A stretch of 64,000 nucleotides of DNA from Scenedesmus sp. PABB004. Taxonomy: Eukaryota. Shown one piece after another: positions 1 to 11,342 of this stretch (its first letter is position 1; each line of letters starts with the position of its first letter). Where the stretch lies: the NCBI GenBank assembly GCA_014905635.1, contig JABVCE010000020.1, positions 186,001-250,000 on the forward strand, written 5' to 3'. Both the position numbers and the translations under genes were made by a program. The notes beneath the pieces are model-generated. The model was given only the letters and a program-made list of their open reading frames with translations, had not been told where the DNA came from and searched no databases.

Positions 1-2030
1 AGCGGCGGCGACGGCGCCGTGCCGCCCTGGGAGAAGGTGCTCTGGCGGGCGCAGCCCTACCCGGACAACCACACGGACGCTAGCTTCCTGCAGCACCTCG
101 TGGGCCCCCCGCGCGCAGCGGCGGCGGTTGCGCCGGCGGTTGCGGCGGAGTGGCCCCGCCGCTGCTCGCGCCGCTGCTGGCGTCCGCCGCCGCCGCCGCC
201 GCACCCCCACCGCGCCGCCGCCGCCGCCGCCGCCGCAGATCGTCAACGCCGACGTGCCGCAGCGCGACTTTTGGACCGTCGCGCTCGACTCGGCGGCCGT
301 GAGCCAGCAGCTCGCGACCGTCGCGGCGGCGGTCGCCGTGCCCGTGCACCTGCGCCTCGGCCTGCTCAGCGCCCGCGCGCTGCTGGCCGCGAGCGCCGTG
401 CTGCTGCTGGTCGGTGAGCCACGCGGCGGCGGGCGCGCGCGGCGGCGCGGGGCAGCGGCGGCTGGCGCGGCGCGGCCTGCCTGGCTGCGAGGAGCAGGGC
501 TCACGGCGAGCGCCGCCGCGCGCCCCTCTCAGGCTATGCAGTGTGCGGGCTGCTCGGAGGCCACGTCCTGGGCGGCTCCCTGGTGAGCGGCGGGGGCGGC
601 GCCGGCGTTGCGGCGGGAGCTGCCGCGCCTCCCGCCGCTGGCCCGCAGCTCACGACGGGCCTGCTGCCCCATCCGACCTCCCGCCGCCCGCAGCGCCGCG
701 GCGTGCGCCAGGCGGCGCTGCTGTCGGGAGGTGCGCCGCCGACCGGGCGCCGGCGGCGCGGATCCCGCGCGGCGGCGGCGGCGTACTGCCGCCGCGCGGC
801 CCGCCCGCGCGCACCGACTCACGCCCGCCCTCGCGCTCCCCGCGCTCGCCGCGCCCGTCTCCCGCCCTGGGTGCTCCCTAAACCCTGCGCCCCTGCTGGG
901 CCGCCTAAACCCTGCACGCCCTCACCAGGCGTGTACCTCATGAGCCCCATGCTGCACAGCCTCACGCGGGCGGTCAGCGCCGACAGCGTCATCGCCATGG
1001 TCGCGGGCCTCTGCGGGCTGCACCTCTTCCTGCATGACTACAAGTGAGCACTGGCGGCTGTGTGGGCGTGTGACTGTGGGGGGGAGGGGGGGGGGCACAC
1101 AGGTGTCGGACCCGGCGCTAACCAGCCCGTGCGCCCGCTCGCCCCCCCCCCCCCCCCACACACACACACACCGCACATCGCCGCCGCCGCGCCGCAGCTT
1201 TGTCAACAGCGTGACGGAGCAGCTCACCGGCACGCTCTCGCTCGGCGCCGCTGTCTTTGCGTCGGTGCTGCTCGCGGGGCTGATGCGGTCCGAGTTTGAC
1301 GTGGTGCGGCGCGGCTGGCCGCCGCGCCGCCACGCCGCCGCGCCGCCGCGCCGCGCCGCGCGCCATCCCTCGATTCGCCGCCCCTTGACGCTGCGCCCCT
1401 CAGCGCTGCGTCCCTTCCCCACCCCCTTGCCCGCCCCCGCCCCTGCCCCTGCCCTGGCCCGCCTCTCAACCCCCCCCCCCCCCGCCGCCCGTCTGCCAGT
1501 TTGTGTGCGTGCTGTTCTGCCTGGAGCTCTACCTCCTCTCACCCTTCATGCGGCGCTACACGCGCAACGCCTCGCTCGCCGCGCACCTGCTGCTCACGGC
1601 CGCGATGGTGTGCGGCGCCGGGTGCGCGCTCGCGCGCCTCTCGCCCGCCGGCGGCGCCGCGTTTGCGCTCGCCGTGTGCGCGGTGTCGCTCGCGTGCCCC
1701 GCGGCGCTGGTGCGCACCCAGAAGTTCAAGGCCCAGATCAACGGCCCCTGGGACGAGGCGGTGCCGCACATGCCCACCAGCCTCCGCCCGCGCGGCGCCG
1801 AGCCGGACCGGCCGCGCGCGGGCGGCGAGCCGGCGGGCGGCGAGCCGGCACCGCACGCGGGCGGCGAGCCGGCGCGGCAACAGGTGGGCGGGGAGCCGGC
1901 ACAGCAGGCGGGCGGCGAGCCGGCGCGGCAGGCAGGCGGGGGGCGAGGCACGCCGCGGGCGCGGCGACAGCGGCGCAGCGAGGAGGCGCCTGGTGATGCG
2001 CTGGCGGCGGCTGCAGCGCCGGCGCGGTGA
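1..2030 (+). CDS. PIGC: Phosphatidylinositol N-acetylglucosaminyltransferase subunit C (PIG-C/GPI2); spliced, start lies upstream of window
   Basis: Spliced exons give PPWEKVLWRAQPYPDNHTDASFLQHL / IVNADV... / GVYLMSPMLHSLTRAVSADS...LHLFLHDY / TLSLGAAVFASVLLA / KFKAQINGPWDEA, the hallmark GPI2 motifs. First intron GT-AG 100-238; stop TGA 2028-2030. Confidence 0.92.
1819..1935 (+). repeat. Imperfect coding tandem repeat (GGCGGCGAGCCGGC core, 'GGEPA' units) in the PIG-C C-terminal tail
   Basis: AGGEPAGGEPAPHAGGEPARQQVGGEPAQQAGGEPARQ follows the conserved WDEA motif. Confidence 0.8.
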
Positions 2031-2145
2031 CACAGGCCATCGCTCTCTGCTGCTGTTTTATCTGTTCCTTGCTCATATGTGTGCGGGCCAGCGGCGCGCG
2101 CCGCGTGCGGTGCCCGCGCGGTCGGGCGCGCGGCAGCAGCACAGC

Positions 2146-2164
2146 GCGGCGGCGCGGTGACGCC
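2146..2164 (+). promoter_or_regulatory. Conserved 19-mer GCGGCGGCGCGGTGACGCC upstream of LRR gene 1
   Basis: The same 19-mer lies 340-365 nt upstream of all six LRR genes. Function is inferred. Confidence 0.45.
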
Positions 2165-2510
2165 GAGCGTGCGTGACGCTGGACCACGCAGCGCCGCGCC
2201 CGACGGCGCTCTGTTGCTGTCGGCCATCCATAGCCGCGCCGTCCAGGCCCGCTCGCCCGCGGCCCCCATCGGCAGCGCCCGGCCAGGTCCCACCCGCCAG
2301 GCTGCCTCCCCCGGCCCGCTGAGCCTCCCGGCCGTCGCGCCGCCCGGCAGTTCGCCGTCTCTCACCATGCAGGACCCAACTCGCGCCTCTCCCGCACCGC
2401 CCCGCTCACACACGGCCCGCGGCACCGTGTCGGGCATCGACCCTGCTCCCGCAGCGCGCGCCCACGCGGCGAGAGCGACCAGCGGCATGCTCCTGTCTCG
2501 TTGAGCCGAC

Positions 2511-4900
2511 ATGGCTTCACACAGCGATAGCGCTCCGGTTCGGGCAGCGCTCGCACTGGCGGCGGCGCTGGCGCTGCTCGCGGCCGCCCCGGCCGGCGGC
2601 GCAGCGGCGCGCCGCCCCGGGCGCGGCCTGCTGGCGGACGGGAGTGGCTACCGCAGCCTGCTGACAGCCACCACTGTGCCCGCGGCCGAGTGCCCGCCCG
2701 GCAGCGGCGTGTCAAATCGCGAAGGCGACTGCGCGCCGTGCAAGCGCAGCACCTGGTCGGCGGGCGGGCAGGGCGCCAAGTGCCAGCTCTGCCGAAAGGG
2801 CTACACCACGGCCAGCGACAGTGCAACATCGCCGGCGGCCTGCAGTGACTGCCGGGCCGGCTACGGGCGCGACCTCCACGCGCGGCCCAAACGCTGTGTT
2901 CTCTGCCCGGCCGGCACGTGGCGCGCGGCCAAGCCGGGGCAAGGCATCAGTTTCTGCCATGCCTGCCCCCTGCTGACAACAACGCCGGGCCCTGGTGCCA
3001 AGAGCGTCGCCGCGTGCAACGTGACCGTCGCCCTGCCCGACGACCCGCTGGCGTCGGCGCTGCTGCGCGGCCTGGCGGAGCTGGGCCCGGGACAGCTCGG
3101 CAACAATTGGCTGTCAACGTGGCGCCCCGGCACCGACCCCTGCACCTGGCAAGGCGTGGTATGCTCAGTGAGCACGCCGCGCGTGGTTAATTTGGTCAAC
3201 ATTGTCCTCACAGGACCGTGCACCGGCCGCCTGCCACGCGCGTGGGCCGAGCTCGGCGCCGGGCTGGAGGGGCTGTTCATCACTATCAACAGCCAAGGGG
3301 GTGAACAAAGCGGCCTCAGCGACGCGTCGTGGCCTGCGGAGTGGCGCAACCTCACCGGCCTCAAGCGCCTCCGGCTTGATGGCGTGGGCGTGACCGGCGC
3401 GCTGTCGCTCGCGGCGCTGCCGCCGACCATACAGAGCGTGGGGCTTTACAACAACCGCCTCACCTCCCTGGCCGACGACCTCGTGCCGGGCGCGCTGCCC
3501 GTGCTGGATGGGCTGATCATCCAGCAAGACCCTGCGCGCCCCATCGGCGGGACGCTCCCGGCGTCGTGGGGCACTCTCGCAAAGTTGGGGTCGCTGGACT
3601 TCCGCAACAAGGCGCTGATTGGCCCGCTGCCTGCCGCCTGGGGCGCCGGCATGGTGACACTTGGAGAGCTGTACTAGGGCGGCAACGCGCTGACCGGCCC
3701 CCTGCCTGCCGCCTGGGGCGACGGCATGGCGGCGCTCACACGGCTTGATCTGTCGCACAATGCCATCACGGGGCCCCTACCCGATGCGTGGGGCGGCCTG
3801 TCCAACCTTACATCGATGCAACTGTCGTACAACAACATCAGCGGCCCCATCCCTGAGGCCTGGGCCGGCGGCCTGGCGGCTCTGGGCACCCTGGACCTGT
3901 CGCACAACGCGCTCAACGGCTCACTGCCCGCCAGGGCGCTGAGCAACGTGCCGGTCCTGGACCTCAGTTACAACCAGGTGCGGCGCCTGGCAGGCCGGCG
4001 GCACAGCGCGCTGACACAGGCAGGCCCTGCGCGGGCTCACGGCAGGCGCGTACACGCACCGACCTGCGCTCTTCCCTGCCGCGGTGCCGCCGCCCCGCAG
4101 CTGACGGGGCGCGTAAACAACTGGGCGGGGTGGACAACGATCTCTAACTGCTCTGGACTCATGATTTACCCCATCCTGAACCTCGCGCACAATCAGCTCA
4201 CCGGCCCGCTGCCCGAGGCGCCGGGGGGCAAGGCTGGCCTCATCGACCTGTCGGACAACGCCCTCACCTCCACGCTGCCGGCCGCCTGGGCGCAGTGGGC
4301 CCGTGCCCCTGGTGAGCAACCCCCGCACTGGCTCAGCGCTGCGCGGCAGCTGCTGCATGCTGAGCGCGTGGCGCGCCACGCTCGCCCACCCAGTGCGGCC
4401 GCCGCTCCCTGCCTCCGCTGCGACCGCCGCCGCCGACAGGCTGCAGGCCGGACCTTGCACTTGAGCTCTCCAACAACCAGCTCCGCGGCCCGCTGCAGCC
4501 CGGGTGGGGCTCCTGGTCGGTGCCCTCGCAGGCGACGCTGAGCTGGCTCAACCTCACCGGCAACCCCCTCAACGCCACGCTGCCGCCCGAGTGGGGCAGC
4601 AGCGCAAGCCTGGGGTCGCTGGACGTGCGGCACTGCGGCCTGCAGGGCACGTTTCCAGCTGCAGCGTGGGCGGCGATGCGGCTCTACGAACTGGGCATCT
4701 GCGACAACCCAGACCTCTCCGGCTGCCTGCCGCACGCGTGGCTCCAGCGCGGCATGTCCCTGCTGGTGCACCCGCGCGCGTGCGAGCTGCCGGGCGACTG
4801 CGCCACGTGGGTGCCGATCAGCGAGCTAGCGAGAGGCGCAGCGCTGCACCCGGACCCGCTGCAAAACACTCGTATCACTGGCGTGTGCCCTGCGGCGTGA
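2511..4900 (+). pseudogene. LRR1: secreted Cys-rich-repeat (ephrin-receptor-like/GCC2-GCC3) + plant-type LRR protein, with an in-frame TAG
   Basis: Signal peptide, CxxC repeats, LRRNT (WRPGTDPCTWQGVVC) and LxxLxLxxNxLTGPLP repeats. Exons 2511-3977, 4101-4311, 4440-4900. TAG at 3675-3677 (ELY*GGNAL) replaces a framework Leu. Confidence 0.8.
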
Positions 4901-5448
4901 GCGCTGCTGCCACGGGGAGCGCTTGGGGGCGTTGAGAGCCAGCACTGTGGGGAGGGGCGCACCTGCGCGCACGCAGCATTGACGCAAGCGGCACTGCACT
5001 GCGTTGCTTGAAAAACACTAGCGGCGGGGCTCAGGCCACGCCAGCGGCGCGGCAGCACCGCAAACTGAGGGGTCAAGGCGGCGGCGTGGGAGTGGGACTG
5101 CTGATCTCACATGCGTGGCGGCACTGCGCTGGGCTGCGTGCGCATGAGCGGCGGTGGGCGTTTGCGGTCACGGACGGCTGGGTGCTAGTCGGCAGCGCGC
5201 GTGGTGCTTGGCAGGGCAGGCGTGAGCGCCCCGTGTGGCGCGTGCGTGGACTGCACTCGTGAGGGGCGCGTGGGCGCGGGGCAGGAGGCGGTTGCCTCGT
5301 GAGAGTTTCAATCAAGCGCTGGCCGCACAGCTCCTTTGCACATGGCGATCCTGGAAACCAAACCCTGTTCTCCCCTGGCGGCGGCGCGTCTCGCAGCGCC
5401 GGCCCCCGCCCGCCCGGCTGCAGCACCGCGCGCCTCGCCCGGCGCCCC

Positions 5449-6362
5449 TCACCACCACGGCGCCCGCGCCGCGGCGCCCGTCGCGCGCTCGCGCGGCGTG
5501 CGGCCGCGCTTGTCGTGGCTGCCCGCCGCGCTCGGCCCCGCGCGCAGCAGCGCGGCGGCCACGTCGGCGTGGCCCTGCGCCGCCGCCTTGTGCAGCGGGG
5601 TCTCGCCGTCCGCGTCGGCCAGCAGCGGGTCAGCGCCGGCCGCCAGCCTGCGCGCGCGGGCGCACGAGTCAGCAGGCGGCACCTAGCGTCCCGCGTGCCG
5701 CGCACCCACCGCCCCGCGCCGGCCCCGCGCCGCGCTCACAGCGCCTCCGCCACCTCCAGGTGCCCCGTGTGCGCCGCGCGCTGCAGCGGCGTCGCGCCGC
5801 CCGCGCGCGTGGCCGCGTCCACGGCGGCGCCTGCGGGCGCAGGTGCGGGCGCGGCGTTCGCGGCCCGCGCGCTGCGCAGGCCGCATGGCCGGGCGCGCCA
5901 GCAGCCGCCCGCGCGCACCGTGCCGCAGCAGCAGTTGCACCGCCTTGAGCTGCCCCGCGCGCGCTGCGTAGTGCAGCGGCGTGTAGCCGCTGCCGCCTGC
6001 GGCGCGCCGCGGCGCGGCGCACAGCATCGACGACGGCAGCAGCCTCAGCGCGCGCGCCCGCCCGAGGCGGGCCTGCGCGCGCCGCCGCACAGCTTTACGC
6101 CGCCCGCCCCAGGCGCCGCCCGCCCGAGCGCGCTGGCGCCGCCGCGCGCCGCGGCCGCCGCACCGCCCGCGCCGTCGCCGTGCAGCGCGTCCGGCCGCGC
6201 CGCGAGGACGCGCTCCAGCCGCTCCAGGGCGCCCGTGGCGGCGTAGTGGCAGGCGCTCCTCACGAACTCGAGCTCGTCCAGACCCTGCTGCGCCGGCCCC
6301 GCCCGCCCGGCGCAGGCGCAGGCCTCTGGGCCTGTGTGCCCGCAGTCTGCTGTGCCCCACAT
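5449..6362 (-). CDS. Ankyrin-repeat protein, ANKRD39-like; spliced
   Basis: Exons: QQGLDELEFVRSAC...; SGYTPLHYAARAGQLKAVQLLLRHG; AVDAATRAGGATPLQRAAHTGH; GADPLLADADGETPLHKAA. ATG at 6362, TGA at 5449. Confidence 0.85.
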
Positions 6363-6721
6363 CGGCGACCGCGCCGGGCTCACATCGCGAACCGGCGTCG
6401 GGGAGCGGGGAGCGTCGCTGTGGCGGGCGTGCGCGGGCGCAGCGGCCCAGAGGGGAGCGGGGCAGGCTGTCTGTTGCTCGGGCTCACTGCGCCCGCGTGC
6501 GACCGCCCAGCGCCCCCCCGCCGACCGCGGTCGCGCCGCCACGCCGCCAGGCACACACAGCGCGTGCCTCAGCGCCGCAGGGAAGCCCGCGCTCGGGACG
6601 GGCCGCCACCCGCCCGCAGCAGCAGCGACTGCTGCAGCCCCCGCGCGCAGCAGCAGCCCGCCTGCCTGGGCGCACCCGCCCCGCGGAGCGCAGGAGCAGC
6701 CACCCCCTGCCGCCCGCCACC

Positions 6722-7914
6722 ATGCGGGCGCAGGCGCGCGGCGCGGCGCCGCGCGGCAGCGCGCGGCCGCTGCCGCCGCCGGCAGCCGGCCGCGCCGGGC
6801 GCGGCGCGCCGCGGGCCCCGCCGGCGGCCGCCGTGGGCGGCAACGGCGCCGCGCCGTCAGGCGCGGGCAAGACCGTGACGCTGCTCGACTATGGCGCCGG
6901 CAACGTGCGCAGCGTGCGCAACGCCATCGCCAAGCTCGGGTTCACCATTAAGGACGTGAGAGCAGCGCCGCCCCGCGCGCGGCAGCCCCAGCGCCCCAGC
7001 GCCCCAGCGCCTCAGCGCCCCAGCGCCCAGGCCCTGGCGCGGCGCGGCGCGGCGCGGCGCGGCGCGGCTGCGCACCGCGTCGGGCCCTGCTGCCCGCCGC
7101 TCTGAAGCAGCCCCGCGCCGCAGCAGCCCCGCCCCTCACCTCACCGCCGCCCGCCGCCACCGCCCGCGCGCCCCCTCCTGCAGGTGTCCAGCCCGGCCGA
7201 CATCGCGTCCGCGGAGCGGCTCATCTTCCCGGGCGTGGGCAGCTTTGGCACGATGATGGACGTGCTGCGCCAGCGCGACTACCTCAAGCCCCTGGAGGAC
7301 TACATCGCGGTGCGCATCAGCCGCGCCGGCCGCCGCGTCAGGGGCGCGGGGCCCGTGCCGCCGCGGCAGCGAGCGCGCGGCCCGCGCTGGCGGCGGCGCC
7401 GGGCGGGCGGCGGGCCTGCCGCGCCGCGCGCCCACTCTGCCCACTCGCCCGCCCGCCCACTTGCCGCCGGCAGGCGGACAAGCCCTTCTTTGGCATCTGC
7501 CTGGGCATGCAGGTGGGGCCGCGCGCCCAGCGCGCACCGCGCGCCCAGTTCGCGCAGCGGCGCGGCGGCGCCGGCGGCCGGAGCGCCTCGCGCCCGCCCG
7601 CGCGCGCGCGCGCGCGCGCCCGCCCGCCCACGCGCCCACCCGCCCGCGCGCGCCTGTCCGCGCGCCGCGCTCAGGTCCTGTTTGAGGGCAGCGACGAGAG
7701 CGGCGGCGTGGAGGGCCTCGGGCTCATCGCGGGCCGCGTCGGCGCGTTTGACCCCGCGCGCGGCCTGCCCGTGCCCCACATCGGCTGGAACAGCCTGCGC
7801 CAGGCGCGCAGCAGCGACCTGCTCGCGGGCGCGGCGCCGACCGACCGCGTCTATTTCGTGCACTCGTTCAGGTGCGCTGTGTGCGGCTGCGGCTGCGCGT
7901 GTCGTTGTGGCTGT

Positions 7915-7945
<31 letters not shown>

Positions 7946-10270
7946 GGGGGGGGGGAGGGGGGGGGGACAAGGGCAGCCGCCAAGAGCAGCCGCCGGCGCC
8001 CGCCGCGAGCGCTGTGCCGTGTCGCCGCGTCCGCCCCACCCACCACGGGCGCCGCGCCGCGCCGCGCCGCCGCCGCCGCCCAGGGCGCTGCCGACCGAGG
8101 CCAACGTCGACTGGGTGCTCGCGACGAGCCACTACGGCGAGGACTTTGTGGCGGCCGTGGCCAAGGGGGCCGCGGCGGGGACGCAGTTCCACCCCGAGAA
8201 GAGCGGCCTGCTGGGGCTCGAGATACTGCGCGGCTTCCTCGACCCCGACAGCCCCGAGGCGGCCGCCGCGGCGGCGGCGGCCAACGCGCGCACGCTCGCG
8301 GGTGCGGCGCGGCGGGGGCGGAAGAGCGGGCAAGCGCGGGCGCGCGCGCGTCGGCGGCGGCGCGCGCGGGCGCGCCGAGCGCGCCCTGCGCCCTGCCTGC
8401 CCGCCCCCTGCTGCCCGGCAGCAGGGCTCGCGCGCGACGTCGACGCCGCGGGCGGCAGCGGGCTCGCGCGGCGCGTGATCGCGTGCCTCGACGTGCGCGC
8501 CAACGACGCGGGCGACCTGGTGCGCGCGCGCGCGCCTGCGCGCCGCCCGCGCCGCTGCCGCGCCTCACGCCGCGCCGCACACTGCGCTCCCACACGCGCG
8601 CGCCCCGCGCCCTGCCCCCCCCCCCCCCCCCCAACCCACCCACCCACCACCCACCCACCCACCCACCCACCCACCCACCCACCCACACCTGCGCGCCCTG
8701 CGCCCTGCGCCCCCCCCCCCAACTTCAGGTGGTGACCAAGGGCGACCAGTACGACGTGCGCGAGGACGAGGAGTCCGGCGGCGACGTGCGCAACCTGGGC
8801 AAGCCGGTCGAGCTCGCGGCGCGGTGCGCACGCCCCGCCGCGCCGCCGCGCCCGTGCACACGCCGCCCTGCGCCCCCCGCCGCCGCGCCGCCTCGCTCAC
8901 GTCCCTCCACCGCGCCTCTCATCCTTCCTCCCTCCCTCCCTCCTCCCCCTCCCTCCCTCCCACCCCCTCCCCCTCCCTCCGTCCCTGTTCAAACATTCAA
9001 AACCAACCAGCTACTTTGCCGAGGGCGCCGACGAGGTCGCGTTCCTTAACATCACAGGCTTCAGGGACTGCCCCCTCGAGGACCTGCCCATGCTCGGGGT
9101 GCGCGACGCCGCCGCCGCCGCCGCGCCGCGTGCCACGCCTGCGTCGCGCCGCGCGCGCGCCGCGCTGCGCGCCGCCGGCAGCTCGCGGACCCCGCCCGCG
9201 CGCGCGCCTCGCCCGCCCCGCGCAGGTGCTGCAGGCGGCGAGCGAGCGCGTGTTTGTGCCGCTGACGGTCGGCGGCGGCATTCGGGGTTCACCGCCGGCG
9301 GGCAGCAGTATGGGGCGCTGCAGGTCGCGGCCGAGTACTTCAGGCGCGGGGGAGCGCAAGGGCCACCCAAGGGCCCCCAGCGCCGCCCGCCCCGCCCCGC
9401 CGCGGCGCCGCCGCCGCCGCCGCGCGCGCCGCGCAGCACGCGCGCCGACGCCGCGCAGCACGCGCGCCGACGCCGCGCAGCACGCGCGCCGACGCCGCCT
9501 GCGCCGCCGCCGGCGCGCAGGTCTGGCGCGGACAAGGTCTCGATCGGCAGCGACGCGGTGCTCGCAGCGGAGGCCTACTACGCCGGCGGGCGCGCGCTGG
9601 ACGGCAGCACCGCGATTGAGCAGATCAGCGCCGTCTACGGCAAGCAGGCGGTCGTGGTGCGCACGCGCGCGGCGCGCGGCGCGGGGCGGGGGGGGGGGGG
9701 GCGCGTGCGCGCGGCGCGGGCCAGGGCGGCTCGCGCCCGGCCCCCGCAGACGGCTGACCGCAGACCGCTGGCTCGCAGGTGTCGATCGACCCGCGCCGCG
9801 TGTACGTGGCCGACCCCGGCGCCACGCCGCACGCGTGCGTGAAGGCCGCGGAGCCGGGGCCGGGCGGCGAGGCGTGGTGCTGGTGGCAGTGCACCGTCAA
9901 GGGCGGCCGCGAGGGGCGCGACATCGATGTGATTCAGGTGCGCCGGTGGTGCGGCGGTGCGGTCGTGGTGCGGTGGTGCGGTCGTGGTGCGGTGGTGCGG
10001 CGGTGGTGCGCCCGGCCGGGACGGACGCTGCACCGCCGCCTGGCCCAGCCGGCAAAGCCGCGCGGGCTGGCCGGCGGCGGCTGCAGACTGTGTGAGCGCG
10101 GCGGCCTCGGCGGCCTCGGCGCACGCGCCGCCCACGCCGCCGCCGCGTGCCGCCGCCGCGTGCGTCCGCCGCGCCGCGCCGCGCGGCCCGCAGGTCGCGC
10201 AGGCGGTGGAGGCGATGGGCGCGGGGGAGATCATGCTAAACTGCATCGACAACGACGGCCGCGGCCAGGT

Positions 10271-10338
<68 letters not shown>

Positions 10339-10931
10339 CTGCCGAGCAAGGGGGCGCTGTGCGCGCGCGCGCGCGGGCGCGTGGGCTGCGCCGCGCCGCA
10401 AGCCCCGCGCACGGGGCGCGCGCCCGAGTTTAAGCGACGCCCGCGCCGCGCACCGCGTGCGGCAGGGCTTTGACCTGGGCCTGGTGGATGCCGTGTCGCG
10501 GGCGGTGACCATCCCCGTGATCGCCTCGAGCGGCGCGGGCGCGCCGGCGCACTTCACCGAGGTGCGCGCGCCGCGCCGGGGGAGCGGCGGGGGCGGCTCC
10601 GCTGCCCGCACGCACGCACGCGCGGCGCCAAGCCGCGCCGCGCCGCCGCCGCCGCCGGTCCGCAGGTGTTCAAGCAGACGCGCGCCGCGGCGGCGCTGGC
10701 CGCGGGCATCTTCCACCGCGAGGAGGCGCGCGCAGCGCCTGAACCCTGCCGCGCGCCCGCGGCCCCGCCCGTGCCCCGCGCGCCCAGCTTGGGCGGCCCC
10801 GCCCTGCCCCCTGGAGCCGCCCCTGCCCTGCCCTCACTGCCGCCGCTGCCGCGTCCCGCGCGCAGGTGGGCATCGACGAGGTCAAGGCGCACATGGCTGA
10901 GAACCAGCTGCCCACGCGGCTCGCGGTCTGA
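6722..10931 (+). CDS. HIS7: Bifunctional imidazole glycerol phosphate synthase HisHF (HIS7/HISN4) with probable plastid transit peptide; about 14 introns
   Basis: TLLDYGAGNVRSV, LIFPGVGSFG, PFFGICLGMQ, VPHIGWN, YFVHSF, QFHPEKSG, RVIACLDVR, VVTKGDQYDVRE, FVPLTVGGGIR, SGADKVSIGSDAV, GAGEIMLNCID, IPVIASSGAG, AALAAGIFHR. TGA at 10929-10931. Confidence 0.96.
10271..10338 (+). repeat. (GCG)n microsatellite in a HisHF intron
   Basis: Uninterrupted GCG run directly after the GT donor at 10269. Confidence 0.95.
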
Positions 10932-10995
10932 GAGGGAGGGAGGCCCGCGGGGGCGCGGCGTGGGCTGGGCGCGCGTGGCGCGGCGCGGGCGAGCA

Positions 10996-11014
10996 GCGGC
11001 GGCGCGGTGACGCC
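10996..11014 (+). promoter_or_regulatory. Conserved 19-mer opening the shared ~350-nt upstream block of LRR gene 2
   Basis: GCGGCGGCGCGGTGACGCC. The block 10990-11342 aligns with the upstream regions of LRR3, 4, 5 and 6. Confidence 0.45.
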
Positions 11015-11342
11015 GCGCCCGTGCCGCACGCAGGCGGTGCTGATGACACCGTTTGCAGCTCTCAGGTCGGCCCAGGCGCCCAGCCGCGCTGCCAGCCCCG
11101 GACGCGCCCGCCAGGCCCTGCTTCCGGGGCTTGCGCACTCCTCCCCGCGACCAGGCCGCACCGCCGCTCCGCCGCCGCGCCGTTCGCCCCGCCTCTATCG
11201 CACCGGCACCTCAGCGCTGGCCCAGCGGCGCGCTGCCGCGGCCCACCGTGCACTGCGAGACCAACCCGGGCAATCCGCTGTCGCAGCGCGCCCCGGGCGG
11301 CCGGCAGGCCCCGCCCGCACTCGCTCCGCCGCCAGGCCAGTC

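Noticed and set aside
9428..9500. 22-nt direct repeats in a HisHF intron, and other short arrays (8634-8687 CACC, 9945-10010 GTGGTGCGG, 25080-25260 CACACG), as CRISPR-like arrays
   Set aside because: They are head-to-tail with no unique spacers and there are no cas genes. These are ordinary intronic mini/microsatellites in a eukaryote.
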